Assembly: GCA_051008935.1 (NCBI GenBank)
Contig: JBPCXB010000066.1
Coordinates: forward strand, 50,649-114,648
Source: Gammaproteobacteria bacterium
GTDB lineage: Bacteria > Pseudomonadota > Gammaproteobacteria > JBPCXB01
Length of the DNA stretch: 64,000 nucleotides
Reading direction: 5' to 3'
A model generated the notes under the pieces. It saw nothing but the letters and a program-made list of their open reading frames with translations. It was not told the origin of the DNA and searched no databases. The translations under genes and the position numbers were made by a program. Shown here piece by piece: positions 9,156-18,607 of the stretch (position 1 is the first letter of the stretch; each line of letters begins with the position of its first letter).

Positions 9156-12100
9156 CTAGCCACCCGCCTGTTCGCCAACTGCTGGAGTACGGGAGTGTTT
9201 CCTGTCTAGATCTTCCCGTGGTATGACCTCTACCGAGTCGTAGCCCAATTGCTGCAGAGCTGGTAGGGTCTCAGGGTCGCCTACTACGATAATGACCCAT
9301 TGATTGGGTGTAATGCGTTTGGTTTGCTGTCGAATTTCAGACAATCTCAAATCTCTGATCAGCAGCATGCGTGTCTGCGGCCACCAATTAGCCGGTCTGT
9401 GGGTGGCTCGGCCTTTGCCAACGGCATTGGAATAAAGTGCTCTCAAGCTCCGCAAAGATTCAATCGAACCAGGTAGTTTCCGGAGCAGGGCATTGCGTGC
9501 TGTGCGCCACTCCTGCTTCTCGAGAGGCTGATCTTCGATGAATGAGCCGGTAATGTGGAGCAATTCTTCCAGTGCGGCAGCAGTTTGGTCTTTTTGCACA
9601 GAGGTAAATGCAATAAAAGCAGGCGGCCCTTTGGGATCAGAAATAGAGCTATAAGCGCCGTAACTCCAGCCTTTCTCTTCGCGCAATTTTTCGCTGAGAC
9701 GAGCTGTAATGCTGCCTCCCAGAGCGGTATTAGCCAACTCTAAAGCCGTTCGTGTGCAGGCTCCTACCGGTTGTTTCATGTCTTGTTCAGAATCTTGATT
9801 CAAGATCAATTGTCCTGTCGCAATCACTGACTGGCTACGGCCCGGATCTGGGATGAAGATCAGGCGTGCAGTCTGTTCTTGGTTGGTTCGCTCTTGCTGT
9901 TTGAGCAGGCTGCGATAATCGCCTGCACAGCCGCCGCTAGCAAAATTTCTTTTGGCTGGACGTACTGGTGTAGGCTCGAATCCCTGCAGTTGCCGCAGTA
10001 GATCCAGAAATCCTTGTAGATTGGTTCCATTGAAGTCGCCTGCTACGATCAGAGAAGCGCGGTCCCAGCGATAGGTGTTGGTGTGCCATTCTCTAATATC
10101 TTCAGCTGATAGCTGTTTAATCAGGCTTTTATAGCCTGTCCTAGTTGCTGGCACCCCGTAAGGATGTTCTGGGCCGTATAGGAAAGGGGGGAGCGCCCTG
10201 AATGCCAGGGTGCGCGCGTTGGCATATTCGCGGTCGATGGCACTCAACCAACGCAATCGCTCGCGCTCAACATCTGAAGGTTCGAATGCAGGTGCAAAGG
10301 CTATTTCTTGCAGTAGCTCTAGCCCTTTTTGTGTATTAGCTGTGGGTAGGGTCGCTTGGACCCCGCAGAAATCGCTGTTGGCATAAGGTGAAAATGCACC
10401 AGCCAAAGCATCAGAAAGCTGCTCTAGCTCGATGATGTTGTAATTTTTTGTGGCTTGGGTCATCATGTGGGTGGCAAAATTGGCGATGCCGGCAGGTTCG
10501 GTTTGTCTGCGTACGCATGGGAACTGTAGGTCCATGCTGATCAGTGGCGTATTGGCCCGATGAACCAGATAGAGAGGGATATCTGCTGGTACACACTTGG
10601 CTGTTTCGGAATTGCAGGTGCGTTTGAGCAACCATTTTTGCGGTTGGGGCAGCTCGGGCAGATCCAAGGTATCCAGATCCGGAAGGGGGGATGTATCCGA
10701 TCTGGGGGTTGGCAAGGGTTGTGCTGCAGGTTCAGCCGGATGGCCTTTGGAGGTAAAAGGTTCGATGGGCAAGGCGATATCTGAACCGGGGCGTACCGTG
10801 AGTTGAAACCAAGGGCGGCTGAGCCATTCTCGAGCTACTTGACGCACTGAGCGGGGCGTTTGAGTATCGAGTGCAATGAATTCTTGTTTCCATAAATCGG
10901 GGTCGTTTGCCAATATGGCCCCCGTAGCTAACAGAGACATACGCCCTCCAAATCCACCCAGTTTGTCGGTTTGGCGCAATGTGCCGCCTATGTCTGATTG
11001 AATTTGTAATTCCAGTTCACCCTGATCGGGCAGTTGATCGATAAAGCGATTGATTTCTTCGTGAAGAATCGTCTCTATCTGTTCCAGCATGGCTTCTTCT
11101 TTGGCTTCGATAATTAAGCTGATGTGGCCAGCTAGTTTTTTGAAATCGCTGTAGCAGACTGCAAAATTGGCCAAACGTTCCTCGAGCACCAGCCTCTGAT
11201 GAAGTATGGAACGTTTGTTGCCGCCTAACAGCTGGCAGGCCAGATAGAGCGGTGCCGTCAATTCGGGCTGAGAAGCTGTTGGGGCTTGCCAAGAGCGGTA
11301 AATCCGTGCATGGGGGACTTTGTCTTGGAATTCGGTGCGCCTGTTTTCTGGTATGGGTAAAGTGGTGTGATCCAGAGTGGGCAGATCGGACGTGGCGGCA
11401 GGGACGCTACCAAAGAATTCCTCGATCCAGGTGCGTGCCTCTGGGGTGTCGAACTTGCCTGCCAGAACCAGCACAGCATTGTCTGGCCGATACCAAGCAG
11501 AACGGAATTTCTGCACATCGGCAGTGTCGATTCTCGCTAAATCCTGATTAAAGCCAATGACAGGCCAAGAATAGGGATGATCTTTGCCGAAGATCCCTGT
11601 ATATACTCGGCTCCAAACGGTACCGTAAGGAGTGCCTTCACGTTGGCGCTTTTCGTTCTGTACAACCCCCATCTGTTGTTCCAGGCGTACTGGGTCGACA
11701 AGCATCCAACCCATCCTGTCTGCTTCTAGCCAGAGTGTGCGTTTGAGCGCGCCTGAAGGTATCGTCTGGAAGTAATTAGCGTAGTCCTGATTGGTGGTGC
11801 CATTGATATCTGTCACGCCTGCTTCTTCCAAGGCAACGAAATAATCTTGCTCGTATCCCGCAGAGCCGTTGAACATCAAGTGCTCGACTACATGTGCCAA
11901 CCCGGTCCTAAAGCGCCATTCCCGAGACGAGCCTGCACCGTACCAGACTCCCACAGCTACCAGAGGGCGCGAGTTGTCCTGATGCAGGATGACAGTCAAT
12001 CCATTATCCAGTTGGTACTGGTCGAATTGCAGGTCCGGTAGTGAGAGTTCTGCGCTCTGATCCAGCTGTTGTCTAGCAGCAGAAGGACGCATATTGGCCA

Positions 12101-12218
12101 ATATGACCGCAACCACTGCGACGGCCACCAGTAACATGGCAGCAGCTGGTAAGATCCAGCGTCGGTATGGCTCCAGCCAGTAGACTACAAGCTGTTTGAG
12201 TTTGGAAATGGACGCCAT
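9156..12218 (-). CDS. M16 (pitrilysin/insulinase) family zinc peptidase, two-lobed, with N-terminal membrane anchor
   Basis: 1020-aa ORF with an HVVEHLMFNGS (HxxEH) zinc motif and a hydrophobic N-terminal segment. Duplicated M16 lobes. Confidence 0.8.
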   Translation of the reverse strand: MASISKLKQLVVYWLEPYRRWILPAAAMLLVAVAVVAVILANMRPSAARQQLDQSAELSLPDLQFDQYQLDNGLTVILHQDNSRPLVAVGVWYGAGSSREWRFRTGLAHVVEHLMFNGSAGYEQDYFVALEEAGVTDINGTTNQDYANYFQTIPSGALKRTLWLEADRMGWMLVDPVRLEQQMGVVQNEKRQREGTPYGTVWSRVYTGIFGKDHPYSWPVIGFNQDLARIDTADVQKFRSAWYRPDNAVLVLAGKFDTPEARTWIEEFFGSVPAATSDLPTLDHTTLPIPENRRTEFQDKVPHARIYRSWQAPTASQPELTAPLYLACQLLGGNKRSILHQRLVLEERLANFAVCYSDFKKLAGHISLIIEAKEEAMLEQIETILHEEINRFIDQLPDQGELELQIQSDIGGTLRQTDKLGGFGGRMSLLATGAILANDPDLWKQEFIALDTQTPRSVRQVAREWLSRPWFQLTVRPGSDIALPIEPFTSKGHPAEPAAQPLPTPRSDTSPLPDLDTLDLPELPQPQKWLLKRTCNSETAKCVPADIPLYLVHRANTPLISMDLQFPCVRRQTEPAGIANFATHMMTQATKNYNIIELEQLSDALAGAFSPYANSDFCGVQATLPTANTQKGLELLQEIAFAPAFEPSDVERERLRWLSAIDREYANARTLAFRALPPFLYGPEHPYGVPATRTGYKSLIKQLSAEDIREWHTNTYRWDRASLIVAGDFNGTNLQGFLDLLRQLQGFEPTPVRPAKRNFASGGCAGDYRSLLKQQERTNQEQTARLIFIPDPGRSQSVIATGQLILNQDSEQDMKQPVGACTRTALELANTALGGSITARLSEKLREEKGWSYGAYSSISDPKGPPAFIAFTSVQKDQTAAALEELLHITGSFIEDQPLEKQEWRTARNALLRKLPGSIESLRSLRALYSNAVGKGRATHRPANWWPQTRMLLIRDLRLSEIRQQTKRITPNQWVIIVVGDPETLPALQQLGYDSVEVIPREDLDRKHSRTPAVGEQAGG

Positions 12219-12320
12219 GATTCAATCCTTTATAGGGTGCGGTAAAGGAGATAATGGTCGGCCGATGTCAGCAGGACGCTTCACAAATCAGTGAGCGCGT
12301 CCGGTTTAGACCCAATTATC

Positions 12321-13838
12321 TCAGGGGGTGCTACGCAACGGAATAAGAATTTTACTGCCTGGGTAGAGCGCAGCCGTTGATTTTTCGTTGAGCCGCATCA
12401 ATTCACTGACCGAAGTGTCAAACCGGTTGGCAATGCTGCTCAGCGTATCTCCAGAACGTACGTGGTAGAAGGCTGATCTTTTCCCTACTGCGGTTTCCGG
12501 GATTTCAGGGCCTACAGCGATACGGACGGTGGTGCCGATTGGCAGAGGGCTCTGTTCGCTGATACTCAGATGCTGTCTCAGTAATTCAGGTTCAATGCCT
12601 ATATTGAGTGCCAGGCTCTCGACACTGTCTTGGGCAGTGGTGGTGGTGATGGCATTACCGCCACGGGGATGTAGATAGTCCGTTGGCTCGGTTGGAATCA
12701 GTAGATAGCGCCCGGCTTCTAGTTCTGTTTCGGGGGTCAGGATCAGCCCATTGAGTTGTCTTAAATGGTTGATGCTGGTTCCGAATAGGGCAGCAATCTC
12801 TGATAGCGAATCTCCGTCACGTACCAGATAGGAAGTCCACTTGATGGAGGTAGGATGTTGGTTTGCGTGCGCTGCTTCGGCAAATTTTGTAGCATCTTCC
12901 AGCGGCAGCAGGATGTTCACGGGCTGGCTGGGTTTGGGAGCCCATTGTTTAAAGCCGGCATTGAGTGCAAAGAATTCATCGACCGGTATATCCACTAGCT
13001 TTATCAAGGATAGCAGGTCAACTTGTTGTGGCAGATGAATTTGTTTGAAATAGCGATGATTGGGTATTTCGGGTAGAGGTTGCCCATTAATTTCTCCCCA
13101 ACGTACTATGGTTGCCAATGCCACCAGAGCGGGCACATATCTGCGTGTCTGGCGCGGTAGGTTGAGGGTCCAGAAATCTTGAGGTTGGCCCCGCCTCAGG
13201 CTGTCGTTGCGGATTTCTTGTACGCGCCTCGGCCCGGTATTGTAGGCCGCAACAGCCAAAAGCCAATCGCCATTGAAACGCTGTGCCAACTGCTCCAGAT
13301 AATCCAGAGCGGCCTGAGTTGATTTGATCACGTCGCGCCTGTCGTCAACCCACCAATTCATTTCCAACTTGAAGTGACGTGCTGTGGAAGGCATGAATTG
13401 CCAGATGCCAGCAGCGCCGTATTCTGAAGACGCATGGGGCTTGAATTGACTTTCAATAAAAGGCAGAAGGGCAATTTCCAGGGGCATATTGCGTCGTTCT
13501 ACTTCTTGAACGACGTAGTGTAGGTAGGGCTGTGACTGTTCCAGCATCTGATACAGCGAGGGTAGGTGCTGAATGAAGCGATCCAGCTCAGTGCGTACAG
13601 ATGCTCTTTGCAGATGTGCCCCCAGCGAAAAACCGCCTTTTAGACGTTCCCAAATATTGGGGTAGTAGTGTTTTCCGGCTAGAGATACGCTAAAGCTGGG
13701 ATGATGCTCTTCCCAGCTTTGCAGCTCGTCGCTGCAACAGGCAGCAAAGGGAGGGGCCGCATGGCTTGGAGATGCCAAAATTGCGGGTAGCAGTGCAACA
13801 GCAAAGACCCCTGTGCAGTATAAAGCCCTAGAATTCAT
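12321..13838 (-). CDS. mltD: membrane-bound lytic murein transglycosylase D
   Basis: 505-aa ORF with a signal peptide, an SLT catalytic region (GAAGIWQFMPSTAR) and two C-terminal LysM repeats. Confidence 0.85.
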   Translation of the reverse strand: MNSRALYCTGVFAVALLPAILASPSHAAPPFAACCSDELQSWEEHHPSFSVSLAGKHYYPNIWERLKGGFSLGAHLQRASVRTELDRFIQHLPSLYQMLEQSQPYLHYVVQEVERRNMPLEIALLPFIESQFKPHASSEYGAAGIWQFMPSTARHFKLEMNWWVDDRRDVIKSTQAALDYLEQLAQRFNGDWLLAVAAYNTGPRRVQEIRNDSLRRGQPQDFWTLNLPRQTRRYVPALVALATIVRWGEINGQPLPEIPNHRYFKQIHLPQQVDLLSLIKLVDIPVDEFFALNAGFKQWAPKPSQPVNILLPLEDATKFAEAAHANQHPTSIKWTSYLVRDGDSLSEIAALFGTSINHLRQLNGLILTPETELEAGRYLLIPTEPTDYLHPRGGNAITTTTAQDSVESLALNIGIEPELLRQHLSISEQSPLPIGTTVRIAVGPEIPETAVGKRSAFYHVRSGDTLSSIANRFDTSVSELMRLNEKSTAALYPGSKILIPLRSTP

Positions 13839-14619
13839 CTTTCCATTGCCTGATAGTTGCTAGTACTTCTGTAGTGGAATCGAGCGGTTGGCGAGCCCGC
13901 AATTCAGCTTGTTGCTTGATTTGGGGTTGATCTGTCCGGAGAAAGGGGTTGATCGCTTTCTCCAGTTGGATGGTAGAAGGTAGGGTTTTGCAATTTGCAG
14001 CCCGTAGCTCTTGCACTTTCTGGTGATAGCTCAGCAGCTCGGCATTGTCGGGTTCAACGGTCAGAGCAAATTCAAGATTGGCAGCAGTGTATTCGTGAGT
14101 GCAGTAGACTCTGGTGTCGTTTGGCAGGGCCGCAAGTTTGGATAGCGATCGGTGCATCTGACTAGCTGTGCCCTCGAACAGTCGGCCACAACCGCCTGAA
14201 AAGAGTGTGTCGCCGCACAGGAGCGCATTTTGAGCCGTACACACGTAGGCGATATGTCCTGAAGTATGTCCTGGCACTTCCAGCACTTCAAATTCCGTGT
14301 CTTCCGATCCGAATAGATTGAAGCGGTCCCCTTCTTTCAGCTTTGTGGTGATGCCGGGGATGTTTTCTTGTGCAGGTCCATATACAGGCATCCCATGATT
14401 TTGGGTCAGCTGCGCAATGCCACCTGTGTGATCGTAGTGGTGGTGGGTAATCAGGATGCTGGTCAGTTGAAACCCTGTTTGCTGCAGATATTTTTCTACT
14501 ACAGCAGCATCTCCGGGGTCGACGATGGACACCTGTTTGCCGCATTCAATGACCCAGATATAGTTATCGCTGAAGGCCGGTAGAGCAGAAAAGCGCAGAA
14601 TCATTGGGTTTGCTGACAT
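13828..14619 (-). CDS. gloB: hydroxyacylglutathione hydrolase (glyoxalase II)
   Basis: The THHHYDHTGG metallo-beta-lactamase motif and GloB-like length. Conserved neighbour of mltD. Confidence 0.9.
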   Translation of the reverse strand: MSANPMILRFSALPAFSDNYIWVIECGKQVSIVDPGDAAVVEKYLQQTGFQLTSILITHHHYDHTGGIAQLTQNHGMPVYGPAQENIPGITTKLKEGDRFNLFGSEDTEFEVLEVPGHTSGHIAYVCTAQNALLCGDTLFSGGCGRLFEGTASQMHRSLSKLAALPNDTRVYCTHEYTAANLEFALTVEPDNAELLSYHQKVQELRAANCKTLPSTIQLEKAINPFLRTDQPQIKQQAELRARQPLDSTTEVLATIRQWKDEF

Positions 14620-14787
14620 GCAATTACGCCAAAGGAGGTAGCTGCAAAATGAAACTGCACGGCTCTGTTAGTAAGATCGGTCCCCTGATGCTTCAGTCTC
14701 CATATTACCTGATTATCATGCGTGAGGGGTGCTGGTGCCATAATTCCGGGCCGTTTTCTTAAGTTGTGGAGTTTAAGAGGTACAGAT

Positions 14788-14834
14788 GCCGTTCTATTGC
14801 CGTACTATTGCCGTTCTATCGCCGTTTAGTATTG
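14788..14834. repeat. four tandem copies of an 11-12 bp unit (CCGTWCTATYG) in the gloB/rnhA divergent intergenic region
   Basis: gccgttctattg ccgtactattg ccgttctatcg ccgtttagtattg, read directly. Nearby is GCCG-spaced repetition (gccgatatctggccgtctgtag). Confidence 0.45.
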
Positions 14835-15011
14835 TGCGTAAACAGTCGCCGGCTATATGCCGCGTAGAGAGCAATTTTAGCCGATATCTGGCCGTCTGTA
14901 GAATCTAAATAAGCAGCCGATAATAAGGGCATATAAGCCGAAAGTTGTAGGGCAACCCTCATAGAATGTCAAGCTTAGAACAGATACTTAACCGAGAGGA
15001 ATGTAGAAGCA

Positions 15012-15509
15012 ATGTCGTCTGTGGATCAGAAACTGCTGGCCGTGAAAGAGCGCTTGGATCAAGCGGACTATATAGTGATTTATACGGATGGCGCTTGCAG
15101 TGGCAACCCGGGTCCAGGTGGATGGGGGGTCTTTATCCGCTATGGCAAGAATGCTGAACAACTGACAGAAATAGAACTGTGCGGCGGCCAGCCCAGCACC
15201 ACCAACAACAGGATGGAAATGCTTGCTGTGCTGCAGGCGTTATTGGTAATCCCTGAATGCGATCATGTAGAAATCCATACGGATTCAACCTATGTGTATA
15301 AAGGTATTACCGAATGGTTGGAAGGCTGGAAGCGTAAAGGCTGGCGCAAATCATCGGGCAAGGCGTTGCTCAATGCTGATCTGTGGCGTGAGCTGGATGC
15401 ACTGCCTATTCGCCGTAGGGTGCAGTGGCACTGGGTGCGTGGCCATAGCGGTAACCCTGGCAATGAAAAAGCCGACGAGCTAGCCAATAAAGGCATGGCG
15501 GCACTATAA
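15012..15509 (+). CDS. rnhA: ribonuclease HI
   Basis: The YTDGACSGNPGPGGWG N-terminal motif and TNNRMEM catalytic region. Confidence 0.9.
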   Translation: MSSVDQKLLAVKERLDQADYIVIYTDGACSGNPGPGGWGVFIRYGKNAEQLTEIELCGGQPSTTNNRMEMLAVLQALLVIPECDHVEIHTDSTYVYKGITEWLEGWKRKGWRKSSGKALLNADLWRELDALPIRRRVQWHWVRGHSGNPGNEKADELANKGMAAL

Positions 15510-15561
15510 CTAGTAATGAGGAAAGCCTGTGGCGTCACAGGCTTTCGCAGATACGCCATAG

Positions 15562-16350
15562 GTGAATGATAGGGAACAGCTGATGCGACAGGTAGCACTG
15601 GATTTAGAAACGACGGGTTTGGATGCGTTGCAAGGGCATCGTATTATTGAAATTGGAGTCGTGGAAATACTGGACAGACAGCTCACGGATAACGAGTACC
15701 ATCAACTGGTCAATCCTGAACGTCAGGTGGATATGGCGGCTTTTCAGGTGCATGGGTATAGCACGGAAGATTTGCAAGAGCAGCCAGTGTTTGCAGAAGT
15801 TGCTTCCGACCTCTTGAAATTTATCGCTGGTGCGGAAGTGCTGATTCATAATGCCGCCTTTGATATGGGTTTTTTGGATGTAGAGTTTCAACAGCTGGCT
15901 GCTGTATCGGGAAGCGACATCAGACAGGAATACAACCCTTGGACGGTGGTCGATACTCTGCAGTTGGCTCGGGAGCTCAATCCGGGTCAGGGGGTGGGTC
16001 TAGATGCTTTGATTCGTAAATACGAAATTAAAGGAGAATCTAGAGAGTTGCATGGTGCACTAAAAGATGCGCGTTATCTAGCTGCAGTGTATCTAGCTAT
16101 GACCAGTGGCCAGCGGCAAATAGATTTCCAAGTCTCTCAGGGTGCGGGATTGGCTCGCTCCAAAACCAAGGCTATAAGGTCTTCTCTGGATTCTCACCGA
16201 ACTCCTAGAATCAAAGCAAGTGAGCCTGAAATGGAGCTGCATAGGGCTGCGTTGCGCACTCTGGCTAGCCGATCAGGCAACAAGAGCAAGCAGCTCTGGC
16301 CTGAAGCAGCACTTGCTGCGGATAAAACAACCGAGAAGCCAGAAAACTAG
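15562..16350 (+). CDS. dnaQ: DNA polymerase III epsilon (proofreading exonuclease) subunit
   Basis: The LDLETTGLD Exo I motif and HNAAFDMGFL Exo II motif. Conserved rnhA-dnaQ divergent pair. Confidence 0.9.
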   Translation: MNDREQLMRQVALDLETTGLDALQGHRIIEIGVVEILDRQLTDNEYHQLVNPERQVDMAAFQVHGYSTEDLQEQPVFAEVASDLLKFIAGAEVLIHNAAFDMGFLDVEFQQLAAVSGSDIRQEYNPWTVVDTLQLARELNPGQGVGLDALIRKYEIKGESRELHGALKDARYLAAVYLAMTSGQRQIDFQVSQGAGLARSKTKAIRSSLDSHRTPRIKASEPEMELHRAALRTLASRSGNKSKQLWPEAALAADKTTEKPEN

Positions 16351-16363
16351 AGTGTCATTTCGG

Positions 16364-17791
16364 ATGGATTCAGCTAAGCTTTCAACGCCATTAGGCCGCA
16401 GGGTTACTCGTTTTGCACCCAGCCCTACAGGTGCGCTGCATTTGGGCGGCGCGCGTACCGCGCTTTTTAACTGGCTGTTTGCACGGGCTTGGGGCGGGCA
16501 TTTCTATTTGCGTTTTGAAGATACAGACCCAGTGCGTTCCAAGCCAGAATTTGAGCAGGATATCTTGCGTTCCATCAACTGGCTGGAGCTGAATCCAGAT
16601 GCAGAACCGATCCGCCAATCGGAGCGCACAGCTCTTTATGCTGAGGTAGCGGGCAGGCTTGTTGCCTCTGGCCATGCTTATTTTTGTAACTGCTCCCCTG
16701 AACGCTTGGAATCACTTCGCCAGCGGGCGCGATTGGAAGGTGGCCAGAAGGGCCAAGTATACGATGGCTTGTGTCGCAACAAAGCTCTGCCGGATACTCC
16801 GGATAGTGTGCTGCGCTTAAATGCTGAATCAGCAGCTGCTTGCCAGAGCACGGTATCTCTTGAACAGCCCGTGCCTACTGAGGATTATATTTTGCGTCGT
16901 TCCAGACAGGAAGGCGAGGTTGCCGGCGGCTTCACCTACCATTTATGTTGTGTAGTAGACGATCATGACACGGGGGTCACACATATCATCAGAGGAGCAG
17001 ACCACATAGATTCTGAATGGAAGCAGCGCTTGCTGTACGGCTGTCTGAGTTGGGATATGCCCGAGGTGCAGCATCTACCTCTGGTGTTGGCTCCAGATGG
17101 CTCTAGACTATCGAAACGTAATCATGCAATGCCCATTGAATCTTTGCGTGCTGCAGGGTATTTACCAGAAGCTGTTTGTAACTATCTGGTTCGTATGGGT
17201 TGGTCTTATGGGGATCAGGAATTTTTTAAAGACTTGCCGGCTGTAGCTGCTGTGTTTCTGCAAGGCTCAATAGGGGCATCGGCGTCAAAGAGCGATATGG
17301 AACGGTTGAAGTCCTTGAATTTTCAGCATGCACAGTCGTTAGAACCTCAAGAACTTGCCGAGCGGTATTTTCAGTGGCGTCAACACTATTCCAGACAGGA
17401 TGCAGCATCGGTTGCCAAGCTGCATTTGACCCCAATGGTAGTTGCCAGTTTTTTTGAACGGGTGCAGACGTTTGAGCAATTAGATGCCAACCTCTGCAGC
17501 CTGTCAGAGCTTCATCAGCAATCTGAACCCCCGCGTTTCGATGAGGCTGAATTGGATGTGTTGCGCACTTGTGCTGAGGTTCTAGCAAAGGTCGATCCTT
17601 TTCAGCCAGAAGACATCAATGCCTCTTTGCGGCAGCTAATCCGTGCTAAAGGTATTTCTTTTAAGCAACTCGGTATGCCTCTTCGGTTGGCACTGACAGG
17701 AGAAAAGCAGTCTCCAGCCGTCCATATGGTATGTAGTGCGCTGGGCCGAGAAGTAGTGCTCTCTCGGCTTGCTCGAGTGGCCGGTTTCTAA
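16364..17791 (+). CDS. gltX: glutamate--tRNA ligase
   Basis: The class I HIGH region RFAPSPTGALHLGGARTAL, KMSKS-like RLSKRN, and a GluRS-like C-terminal anticodon-binding domain. Start chosen at Met 49 of ORF 16220-17791. Confidence 0.85.
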   Translation: MDSAKLSTPLGRRVTRFAPSPTGALHLGGARTALFNWLFARAWGGHFYLRFEDTDPVRSKPEFEQDILRSINWLELNPDAEPIRQSERTALYAEVAGRLVASGHAYFCNCSPERLESLRQRARLEGGQKGQVYDGLCRNKALPDTPDSVLRLNAESAAACQSTVSLEQPVPTEDYILRRSRQEGEVAGGFTYHLCCVVDDHDTGVTHIIRGADHIDSEWKQRLLYGCLSWDMPEVQHLPLVLAPDGSRLSKRNHAMPIESLRAAGYLPEAVCNYLVRMGWSYGDQEFFKDLPAVAAVFLQGSIGASASKSDMERLKSLNFQHAQSLEPQELAERYFQWRQHYSRQDAASVAKLHLTPMVVASFFERVQTFEQLDANLCSLSELHQQSEPPRFDEAELDVLRTCAEVLAKVDPFQPEDINASLRQLIRAKGISFKQLGMPLRLALTGEKQSPAVHMVCSALGREVVLSRLARVAGF

Positions 17792-17910
17792 TGTATTGAA
17801 CCTACAGGCTTTCAAGCAAGATAAAATTTGCTCTTAACCCGCCTAGCAACTTTATATAGTACCTCGGCGCAGTACCCAATGCAGTGCCCAATTTAGTACC
17901 TCAATTATGA

Positions 17911-18282
<372 letters not shown>

Positions 18283-18329
18283 ATGATGCGCTTTTTCCAA
18301 GCCTTTCAGGCTGCTTCTAATGATTTGTT

Positions 18330-18572
18330 ATGGGAATTGGTGTGATGCAGGATAAATCTATGCTTATTCAGGCTCTAGATGTAGGCATTATCGGCATGAG
18401 TGCGGCCTTGGTGTGTCTGGCTCTCTTGGGGGGGATCGTTGTCCTTACAGCCAAGTTGGCTGAATGGTTGGATCGAGAGGCAGCAGAGCCGCAGTCGTCA
18501 GCGGAGTTGATGCCTGCAACCACCGTTAAAGAGATAGCGCGCGCTGCCATCAAAGCCTATCGTCATCGATAA
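18330..18572 (+). CDS. oadG: oxaloacetate decarboxylase gamma subunit (small membrane anchor)
   Basis: 80-aa product with a single TM helix, a Pro/Ala-rich linker and a basic C-terminus, immediately upstream of oadA/oadB. Confidence 0.6.
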   Translation: MGIGVMQDKSMLIQALDVGIIGMSAALVCLALLGGIVVLTAKLAEWLDREAAEPQSSAELMPATTVKEIARAAIKAYRHR

Positions 18573-18607
18573 GCAATGCCGGCATATGGAACAGTAAGGA
18601 TATCAAT

